Source: an uncultured Dehalococcoidia bacterium
GTDB taxonomy: Bacteria > Chloroflexota > Dehalococcoidia > Lucifugimonadales > UBA3495
Direction of reading: 5' to 3'
DNA length: 64,000 nucleotides
NCBI GenBank assembly: GCA_950072105.1
Contig: CATMOE010000002.1
Span: 1 to 64,000, forward strand
Position 1 is the stretch's first letter. Each line of letters opens with the position of its first letter. Positions 1-8,614 of the stretch are shown one piece after another. The notes under the pieces were generated by a model that saw only the letters and a program-made list of their open reading frames with translations, was not told where the DNA came from and did not search any database. The translations under genes and the position numbers were made by a program.

Positions 1-75
1 GGGCCCGTAGCTCAGCGGTAGAGCGGTCGGCTCATAACCGATAGGTTGCTGGTTCGACACCAGCCGGGCCCACCA
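1..75 (+). tRNA. tRNA with CAT anticodon, most likely tRNA-Ile2 (lysidine-modified); elongator Met possible
   Basis: Acceptor stem GGGCCCG/CGGGCCC, discriminator A and encoded CCA (73-75); anticodon arm GTCGG-CTCATAA-CCGAT; T-arm GGTTCGA. G1-C72 pair and no GGG/CCC anticodon stem exclude the initiator; C4-G69/C5-G68 fit TilS determinants. Confidence 0.9.
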
Positions 76-327
76 CTTACATCTCTAGTCTCATAGATTT
101 ACGAAGGTTTCCAGGACATTCAATTTAGAGCCACAACTTATCTTGGTCAAGGTGTATTGAATGAGGTGAGGTGTTTGACCAGCATCAAGAGGCGAGGATA
201 TACTCTGTTTAATCTGCTGGATTAACCTACCACCCCCGGACATGGAATATCCCGACGAACTTCCTGAGTATTTGTCAGCATGGTTCTGCGAACCACTAAT
301 CGCGTTTTATAGCGGGGAATCAACCCG

Positions 328-1478
328 ATGACTTCAAGTCAATCTTCATTGGTCAAAACACAACCGATGCCTTTAGGGTTCCGTGAAGACACGCTCGTTT
401 CTAACCTTCTTCTCGATCCAAACAACCCTAGGTTGTCTGCTGCAGAACCGACCACAGACCAAGCGGAGCTAACACGGCGCTTGTGGGTTGAAATGGCTGT
501 GGATGAGCTCGTTTATTCTATTGCCTATAACAGCTACTACAAGACTGAGCCACTACTCGTCGTCCAGAACTCCGAGGGGCAGGCTGGCCCGGACTTGGAG
601 AAGATGGTTGTAATCGAAGGCAACCGACGACTTGCAGCTGTGAAGATTCTTGTTGACGACCATCTCAGAGAGACTCTAAAAATCACGTCAGCCCCAACTA
701 TCACTGAAGCCGCAAAGGCACAATTGGCCGCCTCCCAGTAATCACCTACCAGTCAAGAAAAGAGATTTGGACCTACATCGGGTTTAAACATATCAATGGT
801 CCAAAACCTTGGGATTCGTACAGCAAGGCCCATCATATTGCAACGGTTCACGAGAACTACAGCCAATCACTCGATGACATAGCTCGCCAGATAGGTGATA
901 GGCATACGACGGTACTGAGATTGTATCGTGGCTACCGCGTGCTTCAGCAGGCTCAGAAAGAGGCAGGGTTCGATATTGAGGATCGCTACAAGAGCAGGTT
1001 CGCATTCTCCCACTTATACACAGCCTTAGATCAGCCGGATTTCCTCCACTTTGTTGGCGTAGACGCCCATGCTGATCCAGACTCCCAATCAGTCCCCAAA
1101 GATAATTTATCCAACCTGTCCGAATTGATGACGTGGTTGTACGGCAAAAAGAGCCAAGGAATACAGCCGCTAGTTCATTCCCAGAACCCGGACTTAAAAA
1201 GACTTCGAGAAGCGATAGCCAATCCACAATCGTTGACTGCGTTGCGGGCTGGTCGGTCGCTCGATTTAGCACACGAATTGAGCATTCCCGACAACCGCAA
1301 ACTACGTACCGCGCTAACCTTCGCTAAGCAATATTTACAAGGGGCTAGAGGAGCTGTTGTAACTGGTTACGAAGGGGATCAAGACCTCTACGACATAGCC
1401 AAAGACATCATGATGCTCGCCAGTGCCACGTTGGGTGACATGGAGAAAGCCCGATCTTCCGGTTCCTTGAAATTATAG
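328..1478 (+). pseudogene. ParB/Srx N-terminal domain protein split by a single-base (-1) frameshift near 727-731 (about 383 aa if repaired)
   Basis: ORF 328-741 has ParB/Srx motifs LLLDPNNPRL and VVIEGNRRLAAVK. The frame of ORF 921-1478 is open from about 723 and reads LPVITYQSRKEIWTYIGFKHINGPKPWDSYSKA...LDDIARQIGD (HTH-like), continuing directly into 921-1478. Confidence 0.8.
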
Positions 1479-1487
1479 CCCGCTTTC

Positions 1488-2486
1488 ATGCCTACTCCCC
1501 TTCCGGCTCTTACAAAGGATTCAATCCAACTCGCTGATTGGATCGAGTTGCAGGCCCTAACAAGCGGTGATGGGAGTGCCAACACGGGTCAATTGGAGCG
1601 GGCTCTCCGCCGGACTGGCACCTTTGATCCAGATGCCCCCGAAGAGGGCGAGGTACCTCACGACTCAGACCATGGCTTGATCGAGGGAAAGGTCGATGAG
1701 GTATTCGCCGAGCTAGAAGACCGAGCTCAGGCGGCTGACTCAGCCTATCCTTTCGAAGTCAGCCGTGCCGAGGTAAAAACCAAAGGGCACATCGAGCAAT
1801 ACATTCCTTACGTATTTTGTTTGTGTTTGTCTATGTTCGGAGACGGTGCGAAACGGCTGAACATCCAAAAAGATGACGACGGGGACCCAGCGGACGACCT
1901 GCCAACATACCCACGCCGCTTGTTTGAGCACATAGCGACGATTGCAGCGGCGAATTACATCGGCGGCGAAGCGGTTAGGTTCGGCTCGCCAAGGCGTGGT
2001 ATGAGTCCTTCATTTATAGACGCCCTGAACGAACTCAGCTGGAGTCATCTTCACGAGGGAGACGGCTACAACAACGATCCCATATTTGGGTCCAAGGATC
2101 GCCATCTAGACATAGTTGCGTGGAAGGATTTTCCTGATCAGCGGACGAGCAAGCTGGTTCTTTTCGGGCAGTGCGCAACTAACAAAGATGACGGGTGGCA
2201 CTCCAAGAAACCAGAGCTTCAAACGGGAGTGTTTTGGGGTAATTGGATCAAGGGCGCTGCCGTCAGCGAACTAATCCGGGCATTTTTCATCCCGCACCGA
2301 GTCACATCGGAAGAATGGGATATGCATGCCAGAGAAGCAGGCCTTTTCTTCGATCGATGTCGCGTTGCCCGGTTCGCGTCCATGGCCGCAGACCGTAGTC
2401 TGACCCACGATTCGGGCGACTGGGATTCGTGTTTAGAATGGGTTAGCAAGATGATGTCTGTTGGCGAAGAGACCGCGGCAGAATGA
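1488..2486 (+). CDS. Conserved-looking hypothetical protein, putative PD-(D/E)XK-like (restriction endonuclease fold) nuclease
   Basis: 332 aa ORF; motif string RLFE...FGSPR...KDRHLDIVAWKDFPD...LVLFGQCAT...W..K resembles E..D..(Q)xC variants of the REase fold; lies between the ParB-like gene and the MTase. Confidence 0.6.
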   Translation: MPTPLPALTKDSIQLADWIELQALTSGDGSANTGQLERALRRTGTFDPDAPEEGEVPHDSDHGLIEGKVDEVFAELEDRAQAADSAYPFEVSRAEVKTKGHIEQYIPYVFCLCLSMFGDGAKRLNIQKDDDGDPADDLPTYPRRLFEHIATIAAANYIGGEAVRFGSPRRGMSPSFIDALNELSWSHLHEGDGYNNDPIFGSKDRHLDIVAWKDFPDQRTSKLVLFGQCATNKDDGWHSKKPELQTGVFWGNWIKGAAVSELIRAFFIPHRVTSEEWDMHAREAGLFFDRCRVARFASMAADRSLTHDSGDWDSCLEWVSKMMSVGEETAAE

Positions 2487-3598
2487 TGGTAAAGGGCTCA
2501 CACAGACTCCATGCTCTCTGCTCGTACTTTGCGATGTTTCCAGGATATTTTGCCCGAGGCCACATCCGCAATCATAGCGCGCCGGGTGAACTGATTTTAG
2601 ACCCCTTCAGCGGACGCGGGACTACCCTGCTAGAGAGTTTGCTTACTCAGAGGAACGCAGTCGCAAGTGACCCAAATCCGGTGGCCTATTGTATCACTCG
2701 GGCAAAAAGCAAATCCCTCCAGCCACAATCGGTTCTTGATCGTATCACCGAGCTGGAGGCAGAATTCGTCGAGACACCAACTGCGGACCTTGAGGAAGAA
2801 CGCGGGTTTCTCCCACGATTCTTCAAGCACGCCTATTACCACACTACTCTCAGAGAGATTCTGTTCCTCCGCAGACACCTCCGGTGGCATACCGATACCA
2901 TTGATTGCTTTATATCAGCTCTGCTGTTGGGGTGCCTCCATGGAGAAAGAGACAAATCTCCTTGCTACCTAAGTAATCAAATGCCCCGGCGGATCAGCAC
3001 AAAGCCAGAGTATTCCGTAAAATACTGGCGGGAACATGACCTCTACCCACATAAGAGGGCAACCTTTGAAATCTTGCGAAGGTGGTCAAGATTTAGACTG
3101 AAGCAGGGGGCGCCGCAGAAGACCGCTCTCGCTCTCCAGGAGGACGTAAGAGACTTGTCCAGGCGACTCCCGTTCATGGAGGGAAAGGTTAAAGCGGTTA
3201 TCACTTCACCTCCGTATTTCAATACGACGAGCTTCGCTGAAGACCAGTGGCTACGTTTATGGGTTCTAGGGGGCGCAAATCACCCTACACGTGCTGGAGC
3301 ATCCAAAGATGATAGGCACACATCGCGATACAAATACTGGCGATTTATCGCCGATGCCTGGCGTGGAATCGCACCCCTGTTAGCTTCCGATGCGACGATT
3401 GTTTGCCGCGTTGGGTTGCATGGTCACAGCATGGAAGACGTCTGCAGGAACATGGTGGCGTCTGTTCGCGCTAGCATCCCTAGTGCCACCCTTTACGGTA
3501 GCCCATTGTTGACGACTCCATCGGCGGATACCGGTAGGCAACAGCTATCCGAGCACAGTCAATACGGGGAGTTGGATTTCATCTTCCGTATGGCTTAG
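2483..3598 (+). CDS. Site-specific DNA amino-methyltransferase (SPPY, probably N4-cytosine)
   Basis: SAM-binding motif I LDPFSGRGTT near the N-terminus and catalytic motif IV ITSPPY downstream; ATGA overlap with the upstream stop codon. Confidence 0.85.
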   Translation: MMVKGSHRLHALCSYFAMFPGYFARGHIRNHSAPGELILDPFSGRGTTLLESLLTQRNAVASDPNPVAYCITRAKSKSLQPQSVLDRITELEAEFVETPTADLEEERGFLPRFFKHAYYHTTLREILFLRRHLRWHTDTIDCFISALLLGCLHGERDKSPCYLSNQMPRRISTKPEYSVKYWREHDLYPHKRATFEILRRWSRFRLKQGAPQKTALALQEDVRDLSRRLPFMEGKVKAVITSPPYFNTTSFAEDQWLRLWVLGGANHPTRAGASKDDRHTSRYKYWRFIADAWRGIAPLLASDATIVCRVGLHGHSMEDVCRNMVASVRASIPSATLYGSPLLTTPSADTGRQQLSEHSQYGELDFIFRMA

Positions 3599-3734
3599 TA
3601 GCCTCCCAGTCTGGGGACGGTTATCTCGGTGATAAAGGTGCTCTTTGACTGGTTCGGGATTACGGCACATAACTAGGACTAGGTTGACAGGAATGTGACA
3701 CGAGGAGCAAACCCCAGCTCCCCCCGCTATAATA

Positions 3735-3835
3735 AATAAGCCAGAGAGCGGGAACCAGGCCGGCCTTAGGATCGAGTCGTTAGGAACACCCGTCCCGTAA
3801 GCGCTTGGGCACAGCGGGGATCTCTCTGGCTTATT
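3735..3835 (+). ncRNA. Candidate structured small RNA (unassigned)
   Basis: Perfect 14-bp terminal inverted repeat AATAAGCCAGAGAG (3735-3748) / CTCTCTGGCTTATT (3822-3835); TATAAT at 3728-3733; + strand terminator-like hairpin downstream. Confidence 0.35.
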
Positions 3836-3854
3836 GATGCAATTACTTTTGGTT

Positions 3855-3898
3855 GGGGTGGCCTGTCGGGCGACGGGGCCACCCCTATTCTTTAGTTT
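3855..3898 (+). terminator. Intrinsic terminator-like hairpin between the island and the convergent LLM gene
   Basis: GGGGTGGCC...GGCCACCCC stem (3855-3885) followed by T-rich TATTCTTTAGTTT on +. Confidence 0.65.
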
Positions 3899-5085
3899 CC
3901 TGCTACCGGGGTCTCTGCCTTGTGGAAGGCGGGAATCACCTCTTTGCCGAATAGCTCCATGGACTCCATCACCTTGTCGTGGGAGATGGTTTCCGTTTGC
4001 ATGATCATCATTACCTGATCTACGCCGATATCCTCGTACATCTGGACGGTCTTGATGCAGCTCTCGGGGTTTCCGGCGATGATGACACCGCGGTCGGAGA
4101 GCACATTGGCATCCAATTGGGCGATGGCCGCCCGGGCGGCGCCGGGACCGGCGTCCAAGGACAGGCCGGCTTCCTCTGCTTGTTGTTTGTGGGCATCGTC
4201 GGACTGGCGCAACCAACGGCTGAAGTCGGCGTTCAGATCATCAGGCACGCCGCCCCAGGCTTCCAATAGCTCTTCGTAGGCGTTGATGCGGCCCTGAATG
4301 TAGGGCTTGTCCGGCCCGAAGAAGGTTTTCATAGACTCGGCGGCAAGCTCCTTGGCTGCCTGGTCGTCCTTGCCGCAGTAGGCATGGACGTTGTTTCCCC
4401 AGAAATTATTGACGAAGGCGCCCACCGGCTCGGCGTCGGTTATGGCGTCGCGGTAGACTTTAACGTGTTCGGCCAGGATATCAACGGCGTAAGACGCCGA
4501 GGACAAGACGCCGATGCCCTTCTGCGCCGCCAGACGGAAGCTCTCGGTTTGGGTGCAGGCCAGGTACATCCGGGGATGGGGCTTTTGGAAGACCCGAGGG
4601 AGTATCCGCCGCGTCGGCACGTTCCAATGCTTGCCTTCCCAGGAGAACTCGTCGGATTGCCACATCTTGGGCAGCATCGTTAGGGCCTCGTCCCACCGTT
4701 CCCGGGTTTCCCGAGGGTCGATGCCCTGTCCGACCTGCTCATAGGCGTTGGACCGCCCGGTGCCGAACTCGACCCGGCCGTCGGTGAGTTGATCCACCAT
4801 AGCCACTCGTTCGGCGATATGGATGGGGTGGTGGCTGGGCAGGATGGACACGCCGAACCCGATCCTGATGTTCTTGGTCCTTTGGCTCAGCGCTCCGAAT
4901 AGGACTTCGGGACATGGAGATCCGGAGAATCCCAACAGAAAGTGGTGCTCGACGAACCAGAGGTTGTCGAACCCCAGCTGATCGGCGAGTTCACATTGGT
5001 CCAGGGTTTCTTTGTAAAGGCTGTTCCAGTCCAGGTCGTTGCCCTGATAGGGCCGCTGCGTTTCGTACAATATTCCAAATTTCAT
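3892..5085 (-). CDS. LLM class flavin-dependent oxidoreductase (luciferase-like monooxygenase)
   Basis: MKFGILYE start with AAGGAG RBS; GFDNLWFVEHHF, HPIHIAERVAMVDQLTDGRVEFGTGR and PRVFQKPHP motifs. Confidence 0.92.
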   Translation of the reverse strand: MKFGILYETQRPYQGNDLDWNSLYKETLDQCELADQLGFDNLWFVEHHFLLGFSGSPCPEVLFGALSQRTKNIRIGFGVSILPSHHPIHIAERVAMVDQLTDGRVEFGTGRSNAYEQVGQGIDPRETRERWDEALTMLPKMWQSDEFSWEGKHWNVPTRRILPRVFQKPHPRMYLACTQTESFRLAAQKGIGVLSSASYAVDILAEHVKVYRDAITDAEPVGAFVNNFWGNNVHAYCGKDDQAAKELAAESMKTFFGPDKPYIQGRINAYEELLEAWGGVPDDLNADFSRWLRQSDDAHKQQAEEAGLSLDAGPGAARAAIAQLDANVLSDRGVIIAGNPESCIKTVQMYEDIGVDQVMMIMQTETISHDKVMESMELFGKEVIPAFHKAETPVAGN

Positions 5086-5372
5086 GTCCTCACTCCTTGC
5101 GTATTTTAGCGGTGGAGGGAACGTCAAACGAGGAAGACGCTCCAACTAATCGGCACATTTATCTGCCCAAATCGAGGGCGGAGCCGGTCCCGCAAAGTAT
5201 ACCGCATCATGAGCCGGGGTGGTAATTCGCCGGAACATGGCTGGGCTTTACGGGGGAAAGGGTGTACCGGCACGGAGTTGGCAAGTTTATTTCTTGGGTG
5301 GTGGGTCTGGATTCCCCTTCCGTAGAAAGGCCGGAATGTCGATACGGTCCAGACCATCGTCGATGCAACTGC

Positions 5373-5423
5373 GAACTCATAAGAGGGCGCCCCGATTGCA
5401 TCGGGGCGCCCTCTTATGAGTTC
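5373..5423. terminator. Perfect 24-bp inverted repeat downstream of the VOC gene
   Basis: GAACTCATAAGAGGGCGCCCCGAT-TGC-ATCGGGGCGCCCTCTTATGAGTTC, 15 nt past the stop of 5439-5930. Confidence 0.65.
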
Positions 5424-5438
5424 TAATTGTGAGAGAGG

Positions 5439-5930
5439 CTATCTTGCGGCGGCCGCTGCCAGTACTTCGTCCCAGGGGCCGGGGAAATTCCCTAGCGGCT
5501 TGTCCTCGTTCAAGAACATGTTTTCCTGCCGGAACCACTGGCTCCGGGGCGCCTCGTAATAAACCTCGATGCCATTGCCATCGGGGTCCTTAAAGTAAAT
5601 ACCCAAGGAGATGCCGTGGTCAGCGACATTAAAGTCAACGTCTTTCTCTTTGATCCTGGCGTAGAACTCCTTCAAGTCGTCCAGGCTGTCCACACGCCAG
5701 GCCATGTGGTTGAGGCCCACGCCGCGCGGCTGTACTCCGGGGGCGTCGTCGCCCACTTGCATCAATGCTACCTCGTGGGATTCGTCCAGGTTCGCTGCCA
5801 TGAAAGCGGCGCGTCCGGGCACAAAGTCATAGGTGTGCAGACCCAGTATGTCTTCGTACCACTTTTGGGAAATCTCGGCGTTTCGCACGTATATGTTAAC
5901 GTGCCCCAGATGACTCGGTGTGTAGCCCAT
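5439..5930 (-). CDS. VOC family protein (glyoxalase/extradiol dioxygenase-like)
   Basis: LGHVNIYVRN, GLNHMAW and IYFKDPDGNGIEV motifs. Confidence 0.9.
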   Translation of the reverse strand: MGYTPSHLGHVNIYVRNAEISQKWYEDILGLHTYDFVPGRAAFMAANLDESHEVALMQVGDDAPGVQPRGVGLNHMAWRVDSLDDLKEFYARIKEKDVDFNVADHGISLGIYFKDPDGNGIEVYYEAPRSQWFRQENMFLNEDKPLGNFPGPWDEVLAAAAAR

Positions 5931-6013
5931 CTTATTTCTCCCAGTTCGAGTATGAGCGCGGAAGTCTTCGGTAGTATACCATCCGTGTTATGGTCCGGTT
6001 AACGACGGGCCCG

Positions 6014-6334
6014 TCACGGTCTTGTTCGTTTTTGATACCGGCGCGGCAGGGGTTGTTTCAACTCGCGCATCTTGTTTCGCCAGGTATCGTCGTGGCCGTG
6101 GTTGGGCGTCAATATGTGGGCGTATTCGTGCCAGAGAAGCCGTGACGGCCGTCCGGTAGCGGTGTAGATGCGTTTGGCCGACAAGACGCAGATCCAGCCG
6201 AAGCTGCTGTCTTTTTTCATGTTATGAGCATGAGCTTGGGCCCTAAACCTAGAGCCTGGTCCCCGGTCCACTCAACCGCCGACGAAAACGCCCTTCACCT
6301 CGGGCCACATGGACAGGTCAATACCCTGGTCCAT
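6014..6334 (-). CDS. Small HExxH (SprT-like zincin) protein with in-frame UGA at codon 21; candidate selenoprotein
   Basis: AGGAG RBS plus ATG at 6334; reads [23 protein letters not shown](6272-6274)[16 protein letters not shown]...[16 protein letters not shown]; hairpin 15 nt after the UGA. Confidence 0.65.
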
Positions 6335-6409
6335 CGAAATCTCCTGAATTTATGGCCTTCGAATCACAACCAGCGATTCGGACAGCCTAATCGCGAGCGG
6401 CCAGCCCTT

Positions 6410-6829
6410 TTAGGGAGACGTCTGCCACCCAGATTCGGACATGTCGATGATGACGCCATCCGGTCCGCTGAACTTTACCTCGGCGTTGCTGCGCGCCTTG
6501 CCGTTGCCGAATAGTCCGCCCGTTCCAGGCATCATCGTGGGGGTCAACTGCTTGCCGCCGGCCTTGTTGACCTTCTCGGCGAAGGAATCGATATCCTCCA
6601 CAAGGAAGCCGATGTGATGGATGCCGCCAAACTCCAGGCCGTTGGCGCCCAAGTCAGCGTCGTCATCTGTCTTAAAATTCAGGATGGCCATGTTGAAGTC
6701 CCCGTCGCTGAGGAAGACCTGCCCTTTAGCGTCCCTTCGGACCTCTTCTAGCCCGAATACTTCTTTGTAGAACTCGGCAGTTTTGCCCGGGTCCCTGGTT
6801 GTCAGAGCGAAATGTTTGATCTTTACCAT
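6410..6829 (-). CDS. VOC family protein (glyoxalase-like)
   Basis: KIKHFAL, FYKEVFGL, GIHHIGFLVED and GPDGVIIDMSE motifs; AAGGAG RBS. Confidence 0.9.
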   Translation of the reverse strand: MVKIKHFALTTRDPGKTAEFYKEVFGLEEVRRDAKGQVFLSDGDFNMAILNFKTDDDADLGANGLEFGGIHHIGFLVEDIDSFAEKVNKAGGKQLTPTMMPGTGGLFGNGKARSNAEVKFSGPDGVIIDMSESGWQTSP

Positions 6830-6932
6830 GTCGTCTCCTTTCCGTTGGTGAACTTTCGAACTTCGTGTGGCCGGTTGGCGAACAGTATATTACACCGGCG
6901 ATACCCGATGCAGAACAGACCGGGCCGAAACA

Positions 6933-8435
6933 TCAGCCTCTGGCTCTTTCCACCGCCCGTTGCCAGCCCGAGTAAAGTTCGTCTCTTACACTTGGGTCCA
7001 TCCTTGGCTCGTAACGGCGGGAAAGCCGCCAATGTCGCGAGACAGCGTCTTGGTCATCCCAGAAGCCAACCGCCAACCCGGCCAGATAGGCGGCGCCCAG
7101 AGCGGTGGTCTCAGCCACTTCAGGGACCTCCACAGGTACCCCTAACTGGTCGGCCTGGAACTGCATCAAGAACGAGTTGGCGGAGCCGCCACCGTCGGCC
7201 CGAAGCACGGGCATCTTGATTCCAGTGTCCCGCTCCATGGCCTCTACAACGTCCCGCGCTTGATAGGCGATAGCCTCCAATGTAGCCCGGACGATATGCG
7301 CCCGGTTGGTGCCTCTAGTCAGCCCGGTAATCGTCCCCCGGGCCTCGGCATCCCAGTGGGGCGCGCCTAGTCCGGTGAACGCGGGGACGAAGAACACCCC
7401 GCCCGTATCGGCAACCGATTCGGCCAGCGCCTCTGTTTCCCCGGCGTCGCGGATAATACCCAATCCATCTCGTAGCCATTGGACCGCGGAGCCAGTGTTG
7501 AAGATGCTCCCTTCCAAAGCATACTGGACTTGGAGAGACGCTTGCCGCCAGGCGATGGTGGTCAAGAGACCCGAGGACGAGGCAACTGGCCGTTGGCCGG
7601 TTTGCATCAGCAAAAACGAGCCTGTGCCGTAAGTGTTCTTGACCATTCCCGGTTGAAAACAAGCTTGTCCGAACAGGGCGGCGTGCTGGTCTCCCGCCAA
7701 GCTGGTGATAGGGATCGGCGACCCGAATAGGGCGGGGTCTGTCTCGCCAAAGAATCCGCTGGTTGGTAGAACCTGGGGCAGCATTGCCTCGGGTATCCGC
7801 ATGTATTCCAGAAGGTCATCGTCCCAGGATTCGGTGTGGATGTTGAACAGCATCGTGCGAGAAGCGTTGGTGATGTCGGTGGCGTGCATCCCTCCTCCCG
7901 TGAAGCGATGGAGGAGCCAAGAGTCGACGGTGCCCGCGCTCAGCTCGCCCGCTTCCCCGCGCTTCTGCCCGTCTTTAGTGTGGTCCAAGATCCACCTGAT
8001 CTTGGTGCCAGAGAAGTAAGGGTCGATGACCAGCCCTGTCCTCTGTCTGACCAGGGGATCCAGCCCATCCAGGCTCATCTGTTGGCATAGAGGTGCAGTG
8101 CGCCGGCATTGCCAGACAACGGCTTGCCCCACCGGGACACCGTTGGCCTTATCCCACACAACAGTGGTTTCCCGCTGGTTGGTGATGCCCATGGCCGCTA
8201 CCTGATCTGCTTGAATGCCGGCCAGCGACATCGCTTCGCGGCTGACGGCCAGGGTCGATTGGAACAGTTCCTCCGGGTCGTGGCTGACCCAGCCTGGTTC
8301 AGGATAGTGCTGGGTGATCTCCCGGTCGGCAGTTGCCACCACACGTCCGTCATGGTCGAAAATAAACGCGGCCGACCCGGTGGTGCCTTGGTCGACCGCC
8401 AATATGAAACTCTGGCTATTTAGTTGTTGCGCCAT
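6933..8435 (-). CDS. glpK: Glycerol kinase
   Basis: DQGTTGS, GITNQRETTVVW, YFSGTKIRW, TNASRTMLFNI, GDQHAALFGQ and KNTYGTG motifs. Confidence 0.95.
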   Translation of the reverse strand: MAQQLNSQSFILAVDQGTTGSAAFIFDHDGRVVATADREITQHYPEPGWVSHDPEELFQSTLAVSREAMSLAGIQADQVAAMGITNQRETTVVWDKANGVPVGQAVVWQCRRTAPLCQQMSLDGLDPLVRQRTGLVIDPYFSGTKIRWILDHTKDGQKRGEAGELSAGTVDSWLLHRFTGGGMHATDITNASRTMLFNIHTESWDDDLLEYMRIPEAMLPQVLPTSGFFGETDPALFGSPIPITSLAGDQHAALFGQACFQPGMVKNTYGTGSFLLMQTGQRPVASSSGLLTTIAWRQASLQVQYALEGSIFNTGSAVQWLRDGLGIIRDAGETEALAESVADTGGVFFVPAFTGLGAPHWDAEARGTITGLTRGTNRAHIVRATLEAIAYQARDVVEAMERDTGIKMPVLRADGGGSANSFLMQFQADQLGVPVEVPEVAETTALGAAYLAGLAVGFWDDQDAVSRHWRLSRRYEPRMDPSVRDELYSGWQRAVERARG

Positions 8436-8495
8436 AGAGCTGCGTGGCCAGACCGTTGACTAGAGATTATCTCGAAAATCGTTGGCCCCGGTGTA

Positions 8496-8576
8496 TGGTC
8501 CTTAGACAGGCTCAGGACGAACGGTATCACAAGCTGCTTGCGTTGGTGGTGACCCAGATTTATCGTGGCGAACCAC
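8496..8576. repeat. REP-like doublet, copy 1
   Basis: CCTTAGACAGGCTCAGGACGAACGG plus CGTTGGTGGTGACCCAGATTTATCGTGGCGAACCAC; a related inverted copy lies at 42400-42479. Confidence 0.65.
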
Positions 8577-8614
8577 ATTTGGAATTGAGTTCTTGAAGGA
8601 AATGCCCTCGAAGC

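Noticed and set aside
1..75. Initiator tRNA-fMet
   Set aside because: G1-C72 is paired and the anticodon stem lacks three consecutive G-C pairs.
721..741. Programmed -1 ribosomal frameshift in the ParB-like gene
   Set aside because: No slippery heptamer or obvious stimulatory structure at the junction.
3684..3733. TTGACA...TATAAT as one sigma70 promoter
   Set aside because: The 38-nt spacer is far outside the 16-19 nt range.
3545..4216. 223-aa minus-strand ORF and other long antisense or alternative-frame ORFs (e.g. 9140-9955, 58898-59716)
   Set aside because: They overlap well-supported genes and show no motifs; expected shadow ORFs in GC-rich DNA.
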